Part shown: piece after piece, positions 7,466-16,441 of the stretch
How positions within the stretch are numbered: position 1 is the stretch's first letter
How the letters are laid out: every line of letters begins with the position of its first letter
Translations under genes and position numbers: made by a program
The notes under the pieces: generated by a model
Told to the model about the DNA's origin: nothing
The model's input: the letters and a program-made list of their open reading frames with translations, nothing else
The model's database searches: none
Assembly (NCBI RefSeq): GCF_000009045.1
Contig: NC_000964.3
Location: 660,001-692,000 of the forward strand
Origin: Bacillus subtilis subsp. subtilis str. 168
GTDB taxonomy: Bacteria; Bacillota; Bacilli; Bacillales; Bacillaceae
Length of the DNA stretch: 32,000 bases
Direction: 5' to 3'

Positions 7466-8527
7466 ATGACTCACACAGTACCTCAAAACATGAAAGCGGC
7501 TGTTATGCACAACACAAGAGAGATCAAAATTGAAACATTGCCTGTGCCTGATATCAATCATGATGAAGTGTTGATTAAGGTGATGGCTGTCGGAATTTGC
7601 GGATCTGATCTGCATTACTATACAAATGGCCGAATAGGCAACTATGTTGTGGAAAAACCATTTATCCTTGGGCATGAATGTGCGGGTGAAATTGCCGCTG
7701 TCGGATCATCTGTCGATCAATTCAAGGTGGGAGACCGCGTCGCTGTAGAGCCGGGTGTTACGTGCGGACGCTGTGAGGCGTGCAAAGAAGGACGCTATAA
7801 TCTTTGCCCGGATGTACAGTTTTTGGCTACACCGCCGGTAGACGGTGCGTTTGTCCAATATATTAAAATGCGTCAGGACTTTGTTTTTTTAATCCCAGAC
7901 TCACTTTCTTATGAAGAAGCTGCTTTGATCGAGCCGTTTTCTGTCGGTATCCATGCGGCGGCCAGAACGAAGCTACAGCCCGGATCAACGATTGCGATTA
8001 TGGGGATGGGCCCTGTTGGGTTAATGGCTGTTGCCGCAGCTAAAGCATTTGGGGCAGGCACAATCATTGTCACCGACTTAGAGCCGCTGCGGTTAGAAGC
8101 TGCGAAAAAAATGGGAGCGACTCACATTATTAATATACGTGAACAGGATGCACTTGAAGAGATTAAAACGATCACGAATGATAGAGGCGTTGATGTTGCT
8201 TGGGAAACAGCAGGGAATCCAGCGGCATTGCAATCCGCACTGGCTTCTGTGCGCCGGGGCGGAAAATTGGCGATTGTCGGTTTGCCTTCACAGAACGAGA
8301 TTCCGCTCAACGTGCCGTTTATTGCGGATAATGAGATTGATATTTACGGGATCTTCCGTTATGCCAATACGTATCCAAAGGGAATCGAATTTCTTGCTTC
8401 AGGCATTGTGGACACGAAGCATCTAGTAACGGACCAATATTCGCTGGAGCAGACGCAAGATGCGATGGAGCGGGCGCTTCAATTTAAGAATGAATGTTTA
8501 AAAGTGATGGTGTATCCAAATCGCTGA
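7466..8527 (+). CDS. gutB: Sorbitol (glucitol) dehydrogenase, zinc-dependent MDR family
   Basis: I chose the ATG at 7466 (MTHTVPQNMK..., 353 aa) because AAAGGAA lies 9 nt upstream. The tracked start at 7394 has no RBS. Motifs include GICGSDLH and GHECAG, plus a GxGxxG-type Rossmann segment GMGPVG. Confidence 0.9.
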   Translation: MTHTVPQNMKAAVMHNTREIKIETLPVPDINHDEVLIKVMAVGICGSDLHYYTNGRIGNYVVEKPFILGHECAGEIAAVGSSVDQFKVGDRVAVEPGVTCGRCEACKEGRYNLCPDVQFLATPPVDGAFVQYIKMRQDFVFLIPDSLSYEEAALIEPFSVGIHAAARTKLQPGSTIAIMGMGPVGLMAVAAAKAFGAGTIIVTDLEPLRLEAAKKMGATHIINIREQDALEEIKTITNDRGVDVAWETAGNPAALQSALASVRRGGKLAIVGLPSQNEIPLNVPFIADNEIDIYGIFRYANTYPKGIEFLASGIVDTKHLVTDQYSLEQTQDAMERALQFKNECLKVMVYPNR

Positions 8528-8600
8528 GTGAACAGGGAGGATCTTCGTATTCTCCCTCTTGTTTACTGGAAATGAAAACGGATTCTTGGGGTGGGAAATG

Positions 8601-9992
8601 ATGATTGGAACAGAAAAAGTAACGGCATTGAAGGCGAAGCATCAGTCAAAATCCAGCACCGGCCTGTCCTGGTTTGAACGAATCGGTTATGGATTCGGCG
8701 ATATGTCGTATAATATTATCTTTCAGTTTGTAAACGCATACTTATTATTTTATTATACAGACGTCGGCGGCATTCAGCCTGCGGTAATCGCAACTTTGTT
8801 TCTTGTTGTGCGTGTGCTGGATGCTATTTTTGACCCGATCATGGGATTGATTTTAGATAAAACGAATACAAGGTGGGGAAAAGCAAGGCCATATTTGCTG
8901 TGGGTGGCATTTCCTTTTGCGCTATTCACATTCTTATGTTTCACGACGCCTCATTTCGGTGAGACCGGAAATATGGTATATGCGTATGTCACTTATATTC
9001 TGCTTGGGATGTCCTTTAGTATGCAAACGATCCCGGTGAACAGCTTAACGGGGCGGATGACGAATTCGGTGGAGGAACGAACGGTTCTGACCACAACCCG
9101 GATGATTTTGGTGTATATCGGCATTCTTTTATCCATTTCCTGTGCGACACCGCTTGCAACTGCTATCGGAGGAGAGGATCAGGCGTTTGGATTTCAGATG
9201 ACGGCGCTCATCTATGCGGCTGTCAGCATCGTTTTGAATCTATTTAGTTTCTTTACTGTACGGGAGCGGATTCAGCCTAAAAAGAGAAAAAAACAAGGGA
9301 TCAAAAAGACGTTATCCGTTTTATTCAAAAACAAACCCTTGCTCATGTTAATTTCATCATTTTTGGCTTTTGCGATCGGGTTTAATATTAAGCTCAGCAC
9401 GATGGTGTATTATTTTACGTATAACGTAAACCATAAAGAGTTCGTGTTTATGGGCACCGTTTTATTTTTCGGGGCAGCGCTGATCAGCAATTTGTTTATT
9501 CCTTTCTTTTCTGAGAAGTGGGGCAGAAAACAAGTCATGATTATCACGGCAGCTCTATCGCTTATTTCTTATGCCGGCCTGCATTTTACGCCGTATTCTT
9601 CAATTCCACTCATTTTCATTTGGCTTTTCGCTTCGGGATTTTTCACAACGCCTTTAAATACGCTTGCTTGGGGAATGGTTGCGGATTGCGTCGATTATGC
9701 GGAATGGAAAACCGGAATTCGCGCGGATGGTGTTGTGATTTCGAGCATGAGCTTTATTAATAAGCTGGGTGTTGCGTTAGCCGGGTCATTTTCGGCCATT
9801 TATTTAGGAATCGCCGGGTATGTGGCGAATACAGACCAGACAGTTGCGTCGTTGAATGCGATTAAAAATATGAATGCTTTGATTCCGGGATTTTTCATTT
9901 TGCTTTCTATTATTCTTATCGCCTTCTATCCTTTAACGGAAAAAAGATATAAACACATCATCTCTGAGCTGGAGCAAAGGTCTGCGAGATAA
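8601..9992 (+). CDS. gutP: Glucitol/sorbitol permease, GPH (glycoside-pentoside-hexuronide) cation symporter family
   Basis: The protein is polytopic and hydrophobic. GGGGTGGGA lies upstream of the tandem ATGs at 8598 and 8601. The 8601 start gives 463 aa. Which of the two ATGs is used remains uncertain. Confidence 0.85.
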
Positions 9993-10086
9993 ATAGATGT
10001 AAAATTTTTAATATTCAATGTTGTATTTATGGCAAAAAGTAATATACTGAGACTGTAATCTAGACTTTATAAATGAGTGTGATAAT

Positions 10087-11049
10087 ATGCGTAGTCATTC
10101 TGTAGTTTGTATTGGGGAATTGTTGATTGATTTCTTTTGTACCGATGTTGACGTTGATTTAATGGAAGGGCGCCAATTCCTGAAAAGTGCCGGCGGGGCA
10201 CCGGCGAATGTGTCGGCAGCGATTGCCAAGCTGGGCGGAGACGCCGCTTTCAGCGGAAAAGTAGGAAAGGATCCGTTTGGGTATTTTCTGAAGCGAACAT
10301 TGGACGCTGTACATGTCGATACCTCTATGCTGGTGATGGATGAGAAAGCGCCTACAACGCTTGCTTTTGTTTCATTAAAACAAAATGGAGAGCGTGACTT
10401 TGTTTTTAATAGAGGCGCGGACGCTTTGTTTACGCTGGAGGACATTGACCAGGAAAAACTAAACGAAGCGAAAATCCTTCATTTCGGCTCTGCGACGGCA
10501 CTGTTATCGGATCCGTTTTGCTCAGCCTATTTACGGTTGATGTCGATTGCGAAAGACAATGGACAGTTTATTTCGTTTGACCCTAACTACCGTGAAGATT
10601 TATGGAGGGGAAGAGTCTCAGAGTTTGTAAGTGTTGCGAAAAAAGCGATCGCTGTAAGTGATTTTGTGAAAGTCAGTGACGAGGAACTTGAGATTATCAG
10701 CGGTGTGAAGGATCATGAAAAGGGAGTTGCGATCCTTCATGAGATCGGAGCCAACATTGTCGCTGTGACACTTGGGAAAAGCGGAACGCTTCTTTCCAAT
10801 GGAAAAGACCGTGAAATCATTCCAAGCATTCCGGTGACATCAATTGACTCAACAGGGGCGGGAGATGCTTTTGTCGGTGCGGCTTTATATCAATTGGCAA
10901 ACACGGATCAGATTCAATCTGTAGATGCTGATTTTGTGAAACTGCGTGAGATTGTGGCGTTTGCCAATAAGGTCGGAGCTCTTGTGTGCACTAAAATTGG
11001 AGCGATTGATGCACTGCCGAGTTTGGATGAGATTGGAGTTTCTTTGTAA
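10087..11049 (+). CDS. fruC: Fructokinase, PfkB / ribokinase-family sugar kinase
   Basis: Length is 320 aa. The N-terminal GG motif is SAGGAPANV. The C-terminal PfkB signature is [12 protein letters not shown]. It follows gutB-gutP. Confidence 0.85.
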
Positions 11050-11173
11050 ATCATTGAAGATGTTTCTTGAAAGTCTTTGGACTTTTGGGGGCATCTTTTT
11101 TTATTGCTTACATTTTTGTTCAGGTAAAAAGTTGTATATTTTTTGTTTGAAATGTCATTTTTTATTAAAAAAG

Positions 11174-11202
11174 TGAAACTTTTAACGATAATAAATAGTA
11201 TA
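11174..11202 (+). promoter_or_regulatory. ECF SigW-type promoter for pspA
   Basis: TGAAAC is at 11174-11179, followed 16-17 nt later by (T)AGTATA. This resembles the SigW consensus TGAAAC-N16-CGTA. pspA (ydjF) is a known SigW regulon member. Confidence 0.55.
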
Positions 11203-11244
11203 TGTAACAAGGGTTACCGAATTAGCTTTAGGAGGAACGATATA

Positions 11245-11928
11245 ATGAGTATAATTGGAAGATTTAAAGATATTATGTCTGCGAATATCAATGCTTTATT
11301 GGACAAGGCTGAAAATCCGGAGAAAATGGTAGATCAATATTTAAGAAATATGAATAGCGATTTGGCTAAGGTTAAGGCAGAAACAGCAGCTGTTATGGCT
11401 GAGGAGCAGAGAGCAAAAAGAGAATATCACGAATGCCAGGCGGATATGGAAAAGATGGAAAGCTATGCAATGAAGGCGCTGCAAGCCGGGAATGAGAGCG
11501 ATGCGAGAAAATTTCTTGAAAGAAAAACATCTTTGGAGTCAAAGCTTTCTGAGCTGCAGGCGGCGAATCAAATTGCTGCAACCAATGCCGCACAGATGAG
11601 AAAGATGCATGACAAATTGGTATCTGACATTGGAGAGCTGGAAGCACGCAAAAATATGATCAAGGCGAAGTGGGCAGTAGCGAAAACGCAAGAAAGAATG
11701 AACAAACTGGGCGCTTCTGTTTCAAGTACAAGCCAATCAATGTCTGCATTCGGCCGAATGGAGGACAAAGTAAATAAGGCACTTGATCAGGCCAATGCAA
11801 TGGCTGAACTGAACAGCGCTCCGCAGGATGATATGGCTGATCTGTCTGCAAAGTATGACACTGGCGGTTCAAGCCAGGTTGATGATGAACTTGCGGCGTT
11901 AAAAGCGAAAATGATGCTCGATAAGTAA
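11245..11928 (+). CDS. pspA: Phage shock protein A (PspA / IM30 / Vipp1 family), membrane-stress coiled-coil protein
   Basis: The ATG at 11245 is preceded by AGGAGG at 11230-11235. Length is 227 aa (MSIIGRFKDIMSANINALLDKAENPEKM...), which is typical of PspA. The tracked 11143 start has no RBS. Confidence 0.9.
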   Translation: MSIIGRFKDIMSANINALLDKAENPEKMVDQYLRNMNSDLAKVKAETAAVMAEEQRAKREYHECQADMEKMESYAMKALQAGNESDARKFLERKTSLESKLSELQAANQIAATNAAQMRKMHDKLVSDIGELEARKNMIKAKWAVAKTQERMNKLGASVSSTSQSMSAFGRMEDKVNKALDQANAMAELNSAPQDDMADLSAKYDTGGSSQVDDELAALKAKMMLDK

Positions 11929-11938
11929 TACATAGGAG

Positions 11939-11972
11939 GCCGCAGCTTTCGGCTGCGGCGTCATTTTATCAT
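11939..11972 (+). terminator. GC-rich hairpin after pspA; a partial terminator or attenuator inside the operon
   Basis: GCCGCAGC (11939-11946) pairs with GCTGCGGC (11952-11959). GTCATTTTATCAT follows. It lies between pspA and ydjG. Confidence 0.5.
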
Positions 11973-11993
11973 AAAATGTGAGAGGGAACGGTA

Positions 11994-13019
11994 ATGATAA
12001 TATCTTATAAGTGTCCGAACTGCGGCAGTGATATGGCATTTGACAGTGAAACCGGCTCGTTATCCTGCAGCAGCTGCGGAAGACAGGACAATATTGAAAG
12101 CCTTCCGAAAGAAAACATTGCGGCACGGTTTTCTGATGATGAAGCAAAAGAATATCAATGTAAAAACTGCGGTGCCGTTTTGATCACGGAAGCTGAAACG
12201 ACAGCAACGACGTGCAGCTTCTGCGGAGGTGCTGCAATACTTGCCGATCGTTTATCAGGACATTTGGCGCCGGCGAAGGTCATTCCATTTACAATCAGCA
12301 AGCAAGAAGCGGAGCAGGCATTTCGAAAGTGGTGCAAAAAAGGCCTTCTGACACCAAGAGGTTTCATGTCTGCTGATCGTATCAAAAGCATCACCGGCAT
12401 GTATATTCCATTTTGGATGTTTGATTTAAATAGTGAAGTACAGGTGAGAGCAAACTGTACCAGAGTCCATCAATATGAAGAAGGGGATTATATTTGCACG
12501 GAAACAGAGCACTTTGAAGCGTTTCGTGATATCAATCTCGATTATTTGAAAATCCCTGTCGATGCCTCTGAAAAAATGAAAGACGAATTAATGGACAAAT
12601 TGGAGCCTTATTCATACGAAGAGCTGAAGGACTTTCAAACGGCATATTTGGCCGGTTATATTGCGGAAAAGTACAATTATACCGATGAGGAGCTTTTTCC
12701 GAGGGCAAAAGAGAAAATCAGCAGTTATATAGATTCATACATCCATTCTACTTTTTCCGGATATACGTCAGTCAATGTGAGGGACAAACATATTCACACG
12801 AAAAACGTGAACAGCTTTTACGTTTTGCTTCCTGTTTGGATGGTCAGTTACGATTATGAAAGAGCGGAGCATATCTTTGCGATGAACGGGCAAACAGGAA
12901 AGGTCGTTGGAAAGCCGCCGATCAGTCGAGGAAAAGTGGCTGCATGGTTTAGCGGAATAGCAGGCGGGACATTTCTTGCGTTGAAGCTCGTCTCATTGAT
13001 GATGGGAGGCGGATTTTGA
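11994..13019 (+). CDS. ydjG: Double zinc-ribbon protein with a C-terminal membrane anchor
   Basis: RBS is GAGAGGGAA. Four CxxC pairs are present: CPNCGS, CSSCG, CKNCGA and CSFCGG. The hydrophobic C-terminus is AAWFSGIAGGTFLALKLVSLMMGGGF. Length is 341 aa. Confidence 0.85.
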   Translation: MIISYKCPNCGSDMAFDSETGSLSCSSCGRQDNIESLPKENIAARFSDDEAKEYQCKNCGAVLITEAETTATTCSFCGGAAILADRLSGHLAPAKVIPFTISKQEAEQAFRKWCKKGLLTPRGFMSADRIKSITGMYIPFWMFDLNSEVQVRANCTRVHQYEEGDYICTETEHFEAFRDINLDYLKIPVDASEKMKDELMDKLEPYSYEELKDFQTAYLAGYIAEKYNYTDEELFPRAKEKISSYIDSYIHSTFSGYTSVNVRDKHIHTKNVNSFYVLLPVWMVSYDYERAEHIFAMNGQTGKVVGKPPISRGKVAAWFSGIAGGTFLALKLVSLMMGGGF

Positions 13020-13783
13020 TGCGTGGATTTTTTGGGAAAGCGATCTTTGTTGTGCTGGCTGTTTTCATCATGATGCCTTTACTGGGTATCGAAGCGGTAA
13101 GAGCCTCTGAATTGCAGCAGCATGTGTACGATCGCGCTCATCTATTGTCAAAAGCGGAGATCGGAAAACTTGAATCTCTCTCGGCAAAGCTGGGTGCAAA
13201 GAGGGACACTGATTTCATCATTATTACGACCAAAAGCACAAACGGTGAAGATATTGCAGACTATACCGGCGATTTTTATGATCGTTACGGAAAAGGCAGT
13301 ACAGCCATTCTGACGATTGATATGACAAACAGAGAAGTGTTTATCGCAGGCTTTAAAAAAGCCGAACAGTATTTGGACAACAGCAGGCTCAATAGCATCA
13401 GAAATACGATTTCATCTGATTTATCCAATGAAAATTATTTTGAAGCTTTTGAGACATATATTCAGCTTTCCTATAAAGATATGGGCATAAAACCGGGAGT
13501 AAACCCTGACAACATATTCTTTACATGGTGGTTTCAGCTGATTGCTGCCATCGCAGTCGGGGGAATTGCGGTTTCAATCATGCTTTATCATGCAGGCGGC
13601 AAAGTAACGGTTAATGGAAGTACATATATGGATCAGCGTACGTCTGATGTGATTGATCAATACGACACTTATATTAGAACGACTGTAACAAGAGAAAGAA
13701 AACCATCAGATAAAGACAGCGGCAGCGATGGCGGTGTTACGAAAGGCGGCACGTCATACAGTGGGAGCCGGGGCAGTTTTTAA
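13019..13783 (+). CDS. ydjH: TPM-domain membrane protein
   Basis: The ATG at 13019 overlaps the ydjG stop (TGATG). It has an N-terminal signal or TM segment, a second TM segment (WWFQLIAAIAVGGIAVSIMLY) and a Gly/Ser-rich tail. The TPM assignment comes from memory of the family, not from a search. Confidence 0.75.
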   Translation: MRGFFGKAIFVVLAVFIMMPLLGIEAVRASELQQHVYDRAHLLSKAEIGKLESLSAKLGAKRDTDFIIITTKSTNGEDIADYTGDFYDRYGKGSTAILTIDMTNREVFIAGFKKAEQYLDNSRLNSIRNTISSDLSNENYFEAFETYIQLSYKDMGIKPGVNPDNIFFTWWFQLIAAIAVGGIAVSIMLYHAGGKVTVNGSTYMDQRTSDVIDQYDTYIRTTVTRERKPSDKDSGSDGGVTKGGTSYSGSRGSF

Positions 13784-13813
13784 ATGTAAGAAATAGAGAA
13801 AGGGAGAGGCGTA

Positions 13814-14785
13814 ATGTCGTTTTTCAGAAATCAATTAGCGAATGTAGTAGAGTGGGAAGAATTTAGAGATGATATGATTTTTTATAAATGGAACAATCGT
13901 GAAATCAAAAAAGGGAGCCGTTTAATCATTCGTCCCGGACAGGATGCTGTCTTTTTGAACAATGGGCGGGTTGAAGGAGTCTTTCAAGATGATGGCGATT
14001 ATGATATTGAATCAGAAATTATTCCATTCCTTTCAACGTTAAAGGGCTTTAAGTTTGGCTTTAACAGCGGCATGCGAGCTGAGGTGCTGTTTGTCAATAC
14101 GAAGGAATTTACCGTAAGATGGGGAACAAAACAGGCGATAAATATTCCGGCAGCGGGAATGCCAGGCGGGATGCCCATTCGCGCAAACGGCACATTTAAT
14201 TTCAAGGTGCAGGACTATATCAGCCTGATTGATAAAATCGCTGGCGTGAAAGATCAATATTTTGTAGAGGATATTAAAACCCGTATCATTTCTATTCTGG
14301 ATCAGCTTCTCATGAAGTGGATCACAAGAGAAGGGAAAGATATGTTTAATCTTCAAGCAAACGCTTTTGATATTGCCAAGGGAATTCAAGAGGACTTAGA
14401 TATGCAATTAATAAGCGACGGGATGACGGTCACTGGTTTTCAAATCATGAGCTTTAATTATCCTCAAGAGGTTCAAGATATGATTACAAAGAACGCTTCC
14501 TACGGTATGGTTGGGGATGTGAACAGATACCAGCAAATATCAATGACGGATGGAATGGCATCCGGAAAGATGAGCGGAAGCGGAGCGGCTTCGGATATGG
14601 CTGGAATGATGATGGGAATGAATATGGCCAATCAGATGATGAACCAAATGAATCAGAATCAGCAGGCACAGTCATCAGGCCCACAGTCAACTGGCAGCGG
14701 AAGCAAACCGAATTTCTGTCCAAACTGCGGAACAAAAACGGGCGAAGCCAATTTTTGTCCGAATTGCGGCCAGAAGCTTGTATAA
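13814..14785 (+). CDS. ydjI: SPFH / band-7-like protein with a Met/Asn/Gln-rich linker and a C-terminal zinc ribbon
   Basis: RBS is AAAGGGAGAGG. Length is 323 aa. The low-complexity segment is MAGMMMGMNMANQMMNQMNQNQQAQ. The C-terminus reads CPNCGTKTGEANFCPNCG. Confidence 0.85.
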   Translation: MSFFRNQLANVVEWEEFRDDMIFYKWNNREIKKGSRLIIRPGQDAVFLNNGRVEGVFQDDGDYDIESEIIPFLSTLKGFKFGFNSGMRAEVLFVNTKEFTVRWGTKQAINIPAAGMPGGMPIRANGTFNFKVQDYISLIDKIAGVKDQYFVEDIKTRIISILDQLLMKWITREGKDMFNLQANAFDIAKGIQEDLDMQLISDGMTVTGFQIMSFNYPQEVQDMITKNASYGMVGDVNRYQQISMTDGMASGKMSGSGAASDMAGMMMGMNMANQMMNQMNQNQQAQSSGPQSTGSGSKPNFCPNCGTKTGEANFCPNCGQKLV

Positions 14786-14800
14786 GAATCATACAGTGAA

Positions 14801-14835
14801 AAGTCCGGAGTGATCAGCACTCGGGACTTTTTTAT
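14801..14835. terminator. Bidirectional terminator shared by ydjI (+) and ydjJ (-)
   Basis: AAGTCCGGAGTG pairs with CACTCGGGACTT with one mismatch, followed by TTTTTTA. The minus strand has TTTTC after the hairpin. It overlaps the ydjJ stop. Confidence 0.7.
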
Positions 14836-15857
14836 TTAGGAGAATAAGCATTACCTATTGCTTGCTCCTGAACAGGCCATTTTCGAGCCCCCGCTTGGAT
14901 AATTCCCAGCAGCAATTGACGACGTTCCTTTATTGAATTGACGGCAATTTGAAATGTTTGCTTTGATAAAGCCGGTATGCCTGATTGTTGAAGCTTTGAG
15001 ATGTCTGGTTCTGGCGGCGCTTGTTCTGCAGGATGGATATAGGCAGTATGAACGGTATCCAGATAGTTTTTGATACTTGAGCGCGCTTCTTTGATATGAA
15101 GCTGATTCGGCTGATATTGTTCAGGAATTCCGTATTTGAAAATGGTTAGAGCCTCATCCAATACAGCAACAGCTATAATGGATGATTCCTGATGCTGCGT
15201 GCTGTGGTAAAAATGAAGGATGGGGAAGGCGTTATGCTGAGCGGTCAGCTTTCCCAGTTCTGATGAGGCAGCGACAAGAAGAAAATCAATGTCGTGAAAA
15301 TCTTTGCCATTCCATGCATTATGGACGATTTCAGTTCCGTCATGCCCTAGACTTAATACACTTTGGGCAAAGGAGCGTTTTTGATTAACCGCACTCAAGA
15401 CGGAAATCAAATACGTGACAGAAAATGTGATGGTAAGCAGTCCTTGAGCTGTTTCAATAATCGTGACAAGCTTCCATAGGCCTCCGTTCGGAGCGAGGTC
15501 GCCATTTCCTAATGTAAACATGACATAGCCGGAAAAATAAATTCGGTCTGACCAGGAAGCCGGTTCTTTTGATTGAGTTTCCATAAGTGAGTGAGGGTCA
15601 CTCGAGTAAATCAAAACCCACCCGCTCCAAAATAGACTGATCCATATCACTAACGTCAGGCATAACAGCAGAGGACCAGCCATACTTAGAACCTTTGCGT
15701 GGTCACCGCTGATTTTGCGGCAGCCCTTCCACAGCCAGGCAGACAGGCATCTTGTGATCGGGCCGGCACCGCTCTCTAACCATAACGTGGTCCATAAAAA
15801 ATCAATCATCCCCGCTGTCAATAATAAAAGGCCTGCAATGATATAACCCTCATTCAT
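14832..15857 (-). CDS. ydjJ: Membrane protein with a K+-channel-like pore loop and an uncharacterised cytoplasmic C-terminal domain
   Basis: Length is 341 aa. TM helices flank FTLGNGD (encoded at 15498-15515), which resembles the TxGxGD selectivity filter. RBS is AAGGGAGGCAACC. Confidence 0.75.
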   Translation of the reverse strand: MNEGYIIAGLLLLTAGMIDFLWTTLWLESGAGPITRCLSAWLWKGCRKISGDHAKVLSMAGPLLLCLTLVIWISLFWSGWVLIYSSDPHSLMETQSKEPASWSDRIYFSGYVMFTLGNGDLAPNGGLWKLVTIIETAQGLLTITFSVTYLISVLSAVNQKRSFAQSVLSLGHDGTEIVHNAWNGKDFHDIDFLLVAASSELGKLTAQHNAFPILHFYHSTQHQESSIIAVAVLDEALTIFKYGIPEQYQPNQLHIKEARSSIKNYLDTVHTAYIHPAEQAPPEPDISKLQQSGIPALSKQTFQIAVNSIKERRQLLLGIIQAGARKWPVQEQAIGNAYSPK

Positions 15858-16118
15858 TTTGGTTGCCTCCCTTAAGTCAGCCTTCTTTTATTTTCTTCTC
15901 TATTTCCTTTTATCCTGAGTCTGAAACAATTGAACGAATGTTTGATTTTACAGAGAAAAATAGGTGGGAGTTACCCAACACTTACTCATTTTTCAATATG
16001 AACAGAAAATCACAAGATTTTTGACTTGATTCACACATTTTCATGAAGAAAAACGTTCATTTTCCCCTTGAATTGGTGATTTTCCTTTTATAGAGTAAAA
16101 AATTTTCAGAAATTTATA

Positions 16119-16147
16119 TTGACTGAAAGCGTTTTTATAATTATGAT
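16119..16147 (+). promoter_or_regulatory. Candidate SigA promoter, TTGACT-17 nt-TATGAT, far upstream of iolT
   Basis: TTGACT is at 16119-16124 and TATGAT at 16142-16147. This would give a leader of about 290 nt to the iolT ATG. Confidence 0.45.
16124..16137 (+). promoter_or_regulatory. cre-like (CcpA) box in the promoter spacer
   Basis: TGAAAGCGTTTTTA matches TGWAANCGNTNWCA at 13 of 14 positions; the mismatch is T for C at position 13. Confidence 0.35.
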
Positions 16148-16441
16148 AATATCAGATATAACAAAAATGTCACTATAACATCACTACAATTGAACTATTA
16201 AGTGACTAATAAATACCAAATGAACGAGGTTATGCACAAAGAAATGACCATTGTTCTTTTAACGAGAAATGAAATCGCTTCCATAGGGATTGACATGCTA
16301 AGAAGAAGGGAAGGTTATGAGGTTATTGGATAAAAACATGAACAACTATTTTCTGAAGCCTGCTTACGAAATGTGAGGAAGGCAGCAGCCCTGGAATAAG
16401 TTTTTGACATACGCATTTTGAAAAAGACTGGGGGAAACAGT

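Noticed and set aside
10095-10445. Long antisense ORFs inside genes: 10095-10445, 14039-14389, 14484-14792, 18065-18364, 23766-24107 and 25834-26145
   Set aside because: They lie opposite well-supported CDSs, lack RBSs and have the skewed Ser/Pro/Ala/Arg composition of shadow frames.
15601-15606. A CTCGAG (BsuMI/XhoI) site inside ydjJ, the only one I spotted by eye
   Set aside because: A single hexamer occurrence is unremarkable, and my scan was not exhaustive. No inference can be drawn.
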